From Lingula anatina (lineage: Eukaryota > Animalia > Brachiopoda), in assembly GCA_051362555.1 (NCBI GenBank), contig CM120643.1:27656848-27720847 (forward strand): 64,000 bases of DNA. Reading direction: 5' to 3'. The translations under genes were made by a program, and so were the position numbers. Positions within the stretch are counted from its first letter, which is position 1, and the number at the start of each line of letters is the position of its first letter. Below the pieces are notes generated by a model. It ran no database searches. It worked only from the letters and a program-made list of their open reading frames with translations, and was not told where the DNA came from. This document shows, in pieces, positions 1 through 10,953 of the stretch.

Positions 1-1193
1 CAGTGTAAATCTCTTTGTAAAGTAACTGTATCCTAATGGACAATCTTCTTTAAAAAAAAAACAATAGCTAAGCTTCCGCTAATGGAAAAAAAATAAAAAA
101 CATCCGGATACATTTCCTCAACAGGTAACTCGATTGTAAAAGTAATTTCCTGCCGAGTGCAAAAAATGATTTTACTTACAATGAAAACATTTTCACTGAT
201 GTAAAATATCTGGGAAATTTCTAGTACACTGTTTCCTAATTACCACGTGTTAAGTTTCCTTACTTCAGCTTATGTAATTAATACGCCTCCTTCTCTTTCC
301 AACATATAATTACCGACTTTGCTATACATATATTTTACTCAACGCCAGGAGGAGTCGTTTTAGCTTCTTAATCTGATTGCATTCAGCGAACGGACTTTCA
401 GATGTGACAGCCACAATGCCGCAGTCTTCGGAAGTCTTGAAATCGACGATTAAACTTTTAGTTTTCAGAGACATTTTAATGTTAAAACATATAGGCCCCT
501 ACATTGATTGGGTTTTCGCCGTTCTTCCATCATGTTGATTACAGTCTGAACTTAATAACGGAAATTAGCATTATAAGAAGTGTCCCAAATCACAATAAAA
601 CAAACCCTACTAAGCACAAAGCCAAGCCAGCTAAACATGGGCAACACCATGTCACAACCAGAAATAACAATAGGCACAATCACCCAGAACTGTGCTTTTT
701 TTAAAAAAACTCGGAACATCTACATTTTGACTTAAATGTATTTTTATTTTGAATTGCTGGCATTTGAGATTTTATTTTCTAGTATTCCAATTTTTCTACA
801 ATAAATATAATGCGTAAATTGCAATTTGTGACCTTAATAGCGATACTACCTGTAGGCCTACTTTTCTCATTTTACAAATGTATAACCGTCTTTAGGGCCT
901 ACTTATTTAAATCCATTGTATGTGATACCAATTCAAACTAAAGTTTAAAAAAGCAAGATCCCAAACACACATATGGATATGAAACTGTCGATATGCTTAA
1001 CTCACTCTCCATGTTTATAATGCAAACAAGAAAAATACATTCTAAATATCCCAGAACGTTCGTTAGATCAGCAGATTTGAAACAATGCGAGGTCAAATAA
1101 AATGCGCACAAACGGCAGATATAGGGCCTAAATGTCCAAAGATGGACGCAGGTTGCTTTCATCTGCATGCAAGGTCAATATTTTATAGTCACT

Positions 1194-4100
1194 CTACATA
1201 ATATCATCTTCACCGTCATGTGTCGCTACCTTCTGCCATCGTGTTCTACGTCTGCGTCGTGACACACTAATGGCTGCTAGTGCTGCAACGCATACAACAA
1301 CGCTGCACACGACAACAACGCCCGTGGCATTTCCTGGATCTAGGGTAAAAGTACCAAAGTATACAATGTTAACTTACGGAGCTAGGGTAAATGTTACAAT
1401 GTATACAAATTCTGCTTTAGGATCTAGGTAACAAAGTTTACAATCTTTATCTTAAGATCTAGGGTAAAAGTAACTAATTATAAGTATACAATGTTTACTT
1501 TGGGATTTACTGTACACTAAAACGGACAGAGTAATTCGTTTTAAAAGGGGTCCTCTTTCTCCATACACTAACTCCTGTACATAACGGACATCTAAAGTCC
1601 TCACGTCCAGTAGTTGAGGTGAAGGTGGTGCCTTACCTCGCTTAAGCTGGAAGGGTCCCTGTGTGACGATATAGGTAGAGGAGGAGGAGGAGGCACCACT
1701 CACATCTCTGCGCCCTCTGGCGGGAGTTTGGCAGCTCGAGGAACACGTGGGGTCACTCTGCATACATACCTGCATCTCACAGTGGAGGTACACCTACAGA
1801 TGGGGTGGCAGGAGAGAACAATGTGATCCGCAGGGTGAGCTTCTATATACGTTTAATGGCGCAATGGGTGAAATTAAATTTTGGACTCGAAATTCAACTG
1901 TTATATTCAAACAACGTAGGCCTACGCTTCCTTTTACATAGTTTTGACCTCAACAATAAATATTTTACAATACATTCCAATATTTTACAACACACTCGAT
2001 ATATACAAGACTGTAAAAACTTTGTGTAACCTGTTTTGCGTTACTTTTACACTAGCATTCATTGGAGACAATCTTTGCAAGATGATCATGTTATTATATT
2101 GGCATCATGCATCCATATGATTTAACCAAGAAGTTGAAACTTATTGGTTTAACACACCACTCGTGTCTTTATACAACAGTAGCTCCTCGTGTGAGGTAAA
2201 GAAAGATGTCACAGTGCCGCCGAGGACAGAGACTGCTCTTTATCTCTGGGACTTACCTGTTCTATATCACGTACAAAGTAGAACGCTGGAAATCCAAATA
2301 ATATTTCAGTGGGGTCGTTGCTAGGATACACGGTCAACTGTTTCATAGCGGGGCAGCTGGAATGTAGAAGTCGTGAGAGATGGCATAAGATTTGTTCTGT
2401 GCAGCCATGCAATATTAAATAATAGTCTCTTGTGCAATATACAAAACACGCCAGTTTTAACTCTTTATAAACGTATTTTAGTAATTTTTTAATTAAAAAA
2501 AGGCATGTAGGCAAATTCGAGTGTGGAGGTTAATTTCCTTATGTTGAATTAATAACATAATTGAAAGTAAAAACGAACCATCGTAAGCAACGTCCATTCA
2601 GTATAACAGAGCGGCTGTTCTGTCGATCCGTTCAATTAAAAAAAAGATTAAATATAACTAATCCAGAGTGGAAATTTATCATAAAATGATGTGCAGGTAA
2701 GTGTTTGTTGTTTTTTACGTTGACATCGATTTCATTTATTTTTGATAGCTTTGGTTGCAGTGGCGTTGCGCTTAAAAAAGGCAAAACACATCCGATATTT
2801 TTCGATACTGACCCATCGTCAATAAGTTTCACGGCTTCAGATGAAAACGGACTAAGAGAACTGGTTGCTTTACAACTGTCTGCCCTCAGCGCCAGGCCGG
2901 ACACATTGGCTGCAGCCAGCCTCACGCCCAGACGGATGTATATCTGGTCCTTCAGGTCCACGGACAGCGGGTAGTCGTCCGGCTGGTACGGTACTTTAAA
3001 CTGGACGCCATGGTACTGCCCCAGACTGAACGTCAGATGACCTGTCCAGAAAGAAAAAAACGCGACAACTCGCACTCAGTATAGAATAATCAACCCAGCA
3101 TCATTTGTTCAAGTGTATGTTGACAATGTCTTTTCATTGTCAAGTGACTTGTTGTCAAAAGACGTGTTCGTTGTAAGATGCAAAGAGAAGATTTAACGCG
3201 TTGTGATAGTTGTAATTGGTGGCTATAGCAGCCTATGGACCGTGGGTGCATTTATCTCTGGGTTAATATCTATTTTTTTAATAAATCAATGATTACATTT
3301 TGTCAGTAGCAAAACAGAACAACTGGTCAAGAGTTGTAAATCATAAAAAAGGCCTACCAAATCCATGCTCTAGAACATTCAGCGTTCGGAAATGTGGCTT
3401 GTAAGAGATGGACAGGAGTTCCTTGCGGTCATAGTTGCAAACCACGGGCACCGTGTTGAAATAATTTTCAAAGGACACGGACACCTGTTGCTCGGCAAGG
3501 AATCTGTTCTTTATAAAAATTTCATTTTCGAACACGACAAAAGCTTTGGTCAACCGAGCTGAAGTGCCGCACGTGTCGGGGCTGAAGGTGAACAAGATGT
3601 GACTTGAATTGTCCTTCCCGGTACATTGTGGGTCTCGGAGATGAGCGACAAGGTACATACGTCACCTTCCAATGGACCAACGGCTTCGCGCGCAATGGCA
3701 ACCATTATGGTATTTGCACTGCAGTGGATTTCGCTGTGACTCATTTTCACATAAGGAGCTCTCGTTTGCCGATGAATCTCCAAATTATTCGTTTTGCCGG
3801 AAATATCAACAATTGTCTCCTTCTTTGTAGTTGTATGTGTTTTTGATTCTGAAAAATACGCAGAAGACATGGGAACTCGAAGTGTCGGAAGAAGTCATTG
3901 CAGATATTATATCAGATTCTCTGTTTAAAAGCCCCATATACTATCAAACAAATAGCGTACAGTCCCTCGTGCACTGGTGAGAGGAAATGAGAACCCAATG
4001 CTAAGTTTAATATACGTGAACATTAGTTCATAAGTTCTGGCCGAAAAATACGTTTAGAAAAAAACACGCTATTCCATTTTTGCGAGTGTAAATATTGTAA

Positions 4101-7100
4101 GTGTAAGTAATAAACCCCAAATGTCCCAAAGTAATTACTTTTGAGTCCGCTAATTTCATATTCATTACCATTATGGCATAATTTGAACACTTAGATCGGG
4201 ATTTCTTTTACTATCAATGTTTTGAAAAATTGAAATGGTTCGCCAACAGACAGTCACAACTGAGGCATCTTCTCTCGTGACCTTGACCGTTACTATCAAA
4301 GGAAAGTTACTTGTAGGAGGGCGCTAGTGAATATTGCTCAGCAGACAAACGAGTCCTATCAAAAACGGAAATTACCGGCAATAGAGGCCTGCCTATATAT
4401 TGGAAGGTACATGTATGAATTGATCCGCAATGACAAAGAGTTTTAAATGTTTTTTACTACCAACTTACGGAAAATTGGCACATTAAGTGGTGTACGCAGT
4501 CTTCAACATTGATTACTTTAGACTCTATTTAATAAATCTGTAAACAAAATTTACACTCGCAATTCGTCAGTCGTCTTCTTATTACCTTGGGTTGTTACAG
4601 GTGCCACTGTTGTTGTTGTTGTTGTTGTCCATATAAACTTCCCTTTGTCGCACGTGTCCACCTTCACATTCCACTGGCAGACGCCGGTCTTATTGTTGAA
4701 CATCAACAATGGCGGGCACTGGTATCGAACCCATACCAGATCGTTACAGATATAGAAGCCTCTGCAGTCTTTAGTGTCCACAGTTTTTAAGCCTTCTTTA
4801 AAGCAAGGTTTCCCCCTGGTGGTCGGAGCACGCGTGGTAGTAATTCTTTTTGTTGTTCTTCGCCAGGGGTTCCACTGTGTAGTCCTCGGCGCAGTTGCTG
4901 TACAAAGAATGGAAGGTGCTATTATTAGCGTTAAAATAACAGTCTGCGTGTCTTTTACAGGGTCAAGTCTATCCGTAAGGTTCAATAACTTTTAGACTGT
5001 AGAATATTTTACCATCAATTTGGATTTACAGTATTTTAGTGTATAACCAGACTTTTAAAATGTCAGCGTTGATTTTTAAGGTGAAAGTATCTACTTGATA
5101 ACATATACAACTAGAAAAGCACTCCGAGAGCGCAGACCTCCGCCAAGTCAGCAATTTTTTATTGTACCACCAGCGTTAGCGCTGGCGGTACACATGGTTT
5201 CGGTCTCGTCCGGATCGTTCCGCCGGCTCCGCCGGACGGCTACCGTTACCGCTTCTCCTCCTAGACGGTAAGGGCCCCCGTACCCATCTCTTGAATTTAG
5301 GTCACCTATAATCTCAGCTCGTTCCACGTAAAATTTGGGCTTTGCCGGTAATGAGGTCTGGGTGTGGCACTCATTGCAATGCACCCTTGTCCAAAAATGG
5401 CAAAATTAAATGCTAATTATCTACCCTACGGAAGGGGTTATGGGAAAAATTTCTACAGACGGCTTTCCAAAAGTCATATGTGTAGATTTCAAATATGCCC
5501 TTGGATTTGACCTTTGACCTTTACTTCAAGGTCAAACGGGCCAAAATTTTCAAAAAAATAATATTTTTTATGAAAAAAAATTTTTTTGCCCTGTTATTCA
5601 GACACCACACAGACTTAACCAATAATATTATTGGAAAGTGTTACCCTTCAGATCATCTTTCATCTCCGTGAATTTGGGGTCAATCGGTGCATTTTCACTG
5701 GAGTAACGGCCATAAGATGCCGAAACTGAAAACTGTCTCTAATTCGGGAACCGTTAATGCTAGAGACCCATTCTTTTTTGCATTTTGTAGAGCATGTAAA
5801 GCCCAACACTGAAAGTGGTCTCCGTTTTTTTGTATTCCAAACGGTTTTCGAGTTACGCTATCAAAAAGTACATATTGGTGGTGAAAGCAAAATGTGCAGT
5901 ACGGTATAGTCAGGTGGCTCAGTCCAAATTTTTTCCAGAATTGTGCAATAGATGATAAAAGCATAAAACTTTCCCCGATGAATAACCATTGGGTGTTCAT
6001 CTATTTTGGATCAGGGGGTTGACAAACACCCAATGGTCATTCATCGTGGAAAATTTCATGCTGTTATCATCTTTTGCACAATTCTGGATAAAATTTGGAC
6101 TGAGCCGCCTGACTACTTTTCACCATGAACTAAACTTTGCATATTTTGCTTCCCTTTCATATCCAAAACTGGCAGAGATAGGTCCATAGTTACTATTGAA
6201 TTTGAATAGGAAGTCATATACTGGCAATCTAAATGTGACCTTGAAATTGACCTTTGACCTACTTTTCACCATGAACTGAACTTTGCAAATTTTGCTTCCC
6301 TTTTATCTCCCAAACTGGCAGAGATAGGTCCATAGTTACTATTGAACTTGAATGGGAAGTCATATACTGGCAATCTAAATGTGACCTTGAAATTGACCTT
6401 TGACCTACTTTTAACCATGAACTGAACTCTGCAAATTTTGCTGCCCTTTTATCTCCAAAACTGGCAGAGATAGGTCCATAGTTACTATTGAACTTGAATA
6501 GGAAGTCATATACTGGCAATCCAAATGTGACCTTGAAATTGACATTTGACCTACTTTTCACCATGAACTGAATTTTGCAAATTTTGCTGCCCTTTTATCT
6601 CCCAAACTGGCAGAGATAGGTCCATAGTTAATATTGAACTTTTATAGGAAGTCATATACTGGCAATCCAAATGTGACCTTGAAATTGACCTTTGACCTAC
6701 TTTTTACCATGAACTGAACTTTGCAAATTTGGTGCCCTTTTATCTCCAAAACTGGCAGAGATAGGTCCATAGTTACTATTGAACTTTAATAGGAAGTCAT
6801 ATACTGGCAATCTAAATGTGACCTTGAAATTGACCTTTGACCTACTTTTTACCATGAACTGAACTCTGCAAATTTTGCTGCCCTTTTATCTCCAAAACTG
6901 GCAGAGATAGGTCCATAGTTACTATTGAACTTTATTAGGAAGTCATATACTGGCAATCCAAATGTGACCTTGAAATTGACCTTTGACCTACTTTTCACCA
7001 TGAACTAACCTTTGCAAATTTTGTTTCCCTTTTATCTCCAAAACTGGCAGAGATAGGTCCATAGTTACTATTGAACTAGAATAGGAAGTCATACACTGGC

Positions 7101-9517
7101 AATCTAAATGTGACCTTGAAATTGACCGTTGACCTACTTTTCACCATGAACTGAACTTTGCAAATTTTGCTTCCCTTTTATCTCCCAAACTGGCAGAGAT
7201 AGGTCCAAAGTTACTTTTGAAGTTGAATAGGAAGTCATATACTGGCAATCTTACTGTGAAATTGACCTTTCACCTACCTTTTGATGAACTTTTGATATAT
7301 TTTTTTGCATATTTTGAAAATTCTTGTTGATTGCATTTTTACAGCTTGTCAAGCAAAAGACTGGTGGCTGTGTCCCTTATTTTGTGTATGTGGGGGTCTA
7401 TGCGCTTGCTCCAGCTGGTGGTACAATATTCGGAGGCGGTATCGCCTCTCTGATCCTCTAGTTAGTATTGATTATTGATTGATTATTGATCCAGATCACC
7501 ACAAAAACTAATCATCTGTTCCTTGGCCCACTTCTGACAGTTCCTGAAAATTTCATCAAAATCGGTCTAGAACTTAGTTTTTTTATTATTGATTGATAAT
7601 TGATCCGGATCACCACCAAAAACTAATCATCTGTAATTCTGTTCCTTGGCCCACTTCTGACTGTTCCTGAAAATTTCATCAAAATCGGTCCATAACTTTT
7701 TTAGTTATGTTGATGACAGATAGACAGACACAGACAGACAGACAGACAGACAAACAGGGGTGAAAACATAACCTCCTTGGCGGAGGTAATAAGGATAACC
7801 TTCATAACGTGAAACTTAACACGGTTGGACTGCACGAAAATCATCATATACGATCATTAAACAATTCAACAGTCAGATAAACTATAATGCAGGTAACAAG
7901 GTATATGTATTTTAGTACAATGTGTGTAAAAATTTTAATAAGAAAATGTATTTTTAAAAATCAGTCGGTTTCATTTACTAACTTGGAGGTTGTATTGCTG
8001 TGATCCGAGTCCCATCTCTAAGGCAGTCTTTGAAGTGGCCTGGCCAGCGACAAGATTGCGCGGTCTCATTGAAAAAGAACTGTTCCGGACACTGCAGAGT
8101 TTTCCCCTCCACGTCCGCGCGGTAACATAAGTTGTACAGGGAGCAGTTCTTGGCAACAGCAAAGACGCCAGCTCGCGGACAGATGAAAGGTCCTTCGGGC
8201 GCCATGCCAGCACGGTATCCTGTAAAATAGGTGCAGTGGCATAATTCGTAGGTCTAGTATAGGTGAAATATTGTTGGCAGGGTATAAATTATCGTCGATA
8301 GCATTTGATCATGTTTTTGTGGCCAAACTTAAAATTAATTGAAAAGAGGTGCCGTAAAAGCAAGTTTCATTTGTTCAACAAGTCTTTCATTCAAACTGGC
8401 ATGATAGTTGACTGATTTAACGTTTTAGTGAATAAGAACGGTTCTTTCTAATAATAACAGGCCAGCCATCGTGATAAGAAGAGATGTTTCTAGGGAAACT
8501 CAGTGCGGAGACCCTCCCCAGTTGTTCTATTACCTTGAGTTGTAGTCGATGTCACAGTTGTTGTTGTTGTTGTTGTTGGCCATATAAACACCCCTTTGTC
8601 GCAGGTGTCGACCTTCACATCCCACTGGCAGACACCGGTCTTATTGTTATACATCAACAATGGCGGGCACTGGTATCGAACCCAGACCAAATTGTTGCAG
8701 ACATAGAACCCGCTGCAGTCTTCAGTGTCCACAGTCTTTAAGCCTTCTTTAAAGCAAGGTTTTCCCGTGGTGGTCGGAGCACGCGTGGTAGTAATTCTTT
8801 TTGTTGTTCTTCGCCAGGGGTTCCACTGTGTAGGCCACGGCGTGGTTGCTGTACAAAGAATGGAAGGTGCTATTATTAGCGTAAAAATAACAGTGTGTGA
8901 CATCTAAAAAATTAGATTATCCCGTAATGTTCAATACCAATAGATTGCTTATTACTTGCAAAAAAAATCCACAGGTCGATTTATCGGCTCGTTTGTTTTT
9001 TTATTTGTTAGTCAGTTAGTTAGTCAATTAGTTTACTCTTAAGAGTTTTAAACTTTGGCAATTATTTTCAAAAACTAACATTGACACTGTGATATATCAA
9101 TGAATCTATCATTCCAATGGGTAAAACATCAATATTTCATGTACATGACTTTATCATATCGTTTCTTTGTGTTTGCAATATGTTTTATATGTGCTGGATT
9201 TATTTATTTTAGTTCGCAAGCCTTTGCTCTAGTCACCAAAATATCTGCAGTCTTGGATGGAGATACACATCGCCGAGACTGCTGAGTTCCATTAACTTTT
9301 AGATTGTAGACTGTTTTGCTATCAATTTGGATTAACAATATATCAGTGTATAAACAGACTTTTAAAATGTCAGCTTAGAATTTAAAGGTGAGAGTATCTA
9401 CGAGGTAATATATACTGTAAGGATAATGGTCATAACGAGAAACTTAACACGATTGGACTGCAAAAAATCATCAGAGACGACAGTTTCACTATTCAGGTGA
9501 ATGATAATGCAGATAAC

Positions 9518-9591
<74 letters not shown>

Positions 9592-10799
9592 TACAACGTC
9601 TGTAAACATATAAACAGGAAATGTATGGAAAATAATCCAGTTCTGTTCACTAACTTGGAGGTGGTGTTGACGTGATCCGAGTCCCATCTCTTAGGCAGTC
9701 TTTAAAGTGGCCTCGCCAGCGACAAGATCCCATGGTCTCGTTGAAGAAGAACTGTTCAGGACACTGCAGAGTTTTCCCCTCCACGTCCGCGCGGCTACAG
9801 AAGTTATACAGGGAGCAGTTCTTGGCTACAGCAAACATGCCAGCTCGCGGACAGATGAAAGGTCCTTCGGGCGCCATGCCAGCACGGTATCCTGTAAAAT
9901 AGGTGCGGTGAATTTATACGCAGGTCTAGTATGGGTGAATTAATCTAGGTACGGTATAAATTTATAGTTAATTGCATAAGATTGTAGAAGATCGTGTGTT
10001 TCTCCAAACTTTTGAACCTTTTATATAAACAATTGACAAGCTCTACAAAATGCAGTGAACAAGAGTTCTAATTTTTTGTAAAAAATTACAATTTATAACA
10101 TAATCATGCCGAAAAGTAAAAGGTCAAATGCAAGGTTGCAGTAAGATTGTGAATATAAGACTTCCCATCCAAGTTCAATGGTAAATATAAGTGCCTGAAA
10201 ATTTGTAAAGTGAAAAGTCGGCCAAAGGTCAAATTCAAGTTTGCAGGAAGACTGTCAATTTTTGAATTCCATTCAGGTTCTATAGTAATTATGGGCATAT
10301 CTCTGCCAGTTTTAGATATATTAGGGACAGAAAAAATTTGCAAACTTCAGTTCATAGTAAAAAGAAGGTCAAAGGTCAAATTCAAGGTTACAGGAAGACT
10401 GTCTATATACACCCACCGTGAAGGGTACACACCCCGTCCTCTATTAGCCTGGTGGCCGGAATGCAACCCACAACATCCTGAGAGAAGAAGTACCCCAGTG
10501 AGCAGGAGTACGTCCCCGCCAGCTGCCCGTAGCGACACTCGTAGTATCTGGTACAGCTGACGTCGTCTTTGTAGAAGTAGTCCCTCTTCCCGGAACAGTC
10601 GAACACGGCTTGGGAAGTCGGCAGGATAAAGGCTATGGGAAGAACGAGGATTGAAAATAAAAATCTGAGCGGAGGCTTTGACAATTTGCAAGACAGAAAA
10701 AAACGAATGAAAAAGTCAGTCGTTAGTCGTTACTTATGACACCTGTCTTACCTACTGAGTACGGTGCGGTATGTTATGCTTGTGTATTTCTTTAACGCA

Positions 10800-10841
<42 letters not shown>

Positions 10842-10953
10842 CATACATGTACATGTATCTCAATACCATGTATCATATATTAAGTTAAATTATCTAATAT
10901 GGAGAGACAAAATACTAACCTGTTACCACTGTCAGCACCAAAAAATGTTCCAT
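1194..10953 (-). CDS. Signal peptide + 5x chitin-binding type-2 (peritrophin-A) + ZP domain + furin site + TM protein; one frameshift in exon 7
   Basis: Exons 5'->3': 10953-10920, 10632-10417, 9891-9655, 8848-8534, 8219-7983, 4897-4586, 3848-3358, 3041-2813, 2356-2257, 1793-1637, 1339-1194. All introns are GT-AG and phases match except in exon 7 (491 nt between two phase-1 introns). Start context gccgccATGG; signal peptide MEHFLVLTVVTAFILPTSQA; five 6-Cys domains (e.g. CFKEG...DCSGFYVCNN...CPPLLMYNNKTGVCQW...TC); ZP motifs IHCSANTIMVAI, HLRDPQC, VPVVCNY, ADSCKAT, LIDDGCP, VYLHCEMQVC; furin site RGRR; TM VVVVCSVVVCVAALAAISV then RRRRR; TAG at 1196-1194. Confidence 0.88.
1337..1505. repeat. Degenerate ~35-50 bp tandem repeat (4 units) copying the last splice acceptor of the ChtBD2-ZP gene
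   Basis: Units begin gatctagggtaaaag, gagctagggtaaatg, gatctaggtaac and gatctagggtaaaag at ~1337, 1379, 1421 and 1456. Confidence 0.75.
5907..6115. mobile_element. Foldback/MITE-like inverted repeat with ~90-bp arms
   Basis: tagtcaggtggctcagtccaaa... mirrors ...tttggactgagccgcctgacta; the opposite-strand ORFs 5695-6000(-) and 5989-6189(+) give near-identical peptides. Confidence 0.75.
6112..7280. repeat. 146-bp satellite-like tandem array, ~8 copies
   Basis: The ggtcca anchor recurs at 6181, 6327, 6473, 6619, 6764, 6910, 7056 and 7202 (spacing 146, once 145); the monomer contains tgaccttgaaattgacctttgacct. Confidence 0.95.
9521..9587. repeat. (AT)n microsatellite
   Basis: Read directly. 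Confidence 0.95.
10115..10400 (-). repeat. Diverged, inverted ~2 monomers of the 146-bp satellite family
   Basis: atctctgccagtttt...aaaatttgcaaacttcagttcatagtaaaaagaaggtcaaaggtcaaattcaagg is the reverse complement of the 6112-7280 monomer. Confidence 0.8.
10804..10838. repeat. (GA)n microsatellite
   Basis: Read directly. Confidence 0.95.

Larger units (their letters stand above)
5156..7463 (+). mobile_element. Inner Helentron-like (HINE) element, nested in opposite orientation and carrying a satellite array
   Basis: subTIRs attgtaccaccagc (5161-5174) and gctggtggtacaat (7414-7427); 5' hairpin gtaccaccagc-gttagc-gctggcggtac; 3' hairpin ggaggcg-gtat-cgcctct then ctagtt (7458-7463); starts in a T-run. 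Confidence 0.8.
5109..7792 (-). mobile_element. Outer non-autonomous Helentron-like (HINE/DINE-1 type) element
   Basis: Subterminal IRs acctccgccaag (5136-5147) and cttggcggaggt (7776-7787); hairpin gcactccgagagcgc next to a terminal CTAG; (GACA)n at ~7715-7752; two ~125-bp internal repeats at ~7470-7690. The element is absent from the paralogous intron (empty site ~9406-9429). Confidence 0.8.

Noticed and set aside
3634-3660. 27-nt micro-intron (gtatgt...ccgag) to repair the ZP frameshift
   Set aside because: Too short for this genome, and as a multiple of three it would not restore the frame.
6112-7280. Regular repeat array as a CRISPR
   Set aside because: Head-to-tail 146-bp monomers with no unique spacers, no cas genes, and a eukaryotic intron context.
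10347-10691. ORF-track starts (MSKPPL..., MQIVKA...) as the start of the ChtBD2 gene
   Set aside because: The extra residues translate a polypyrimidine tract; the acceptor at 10632 plus the Kozak-context exon at 10953-10920 gives a cleaner signal peptide.
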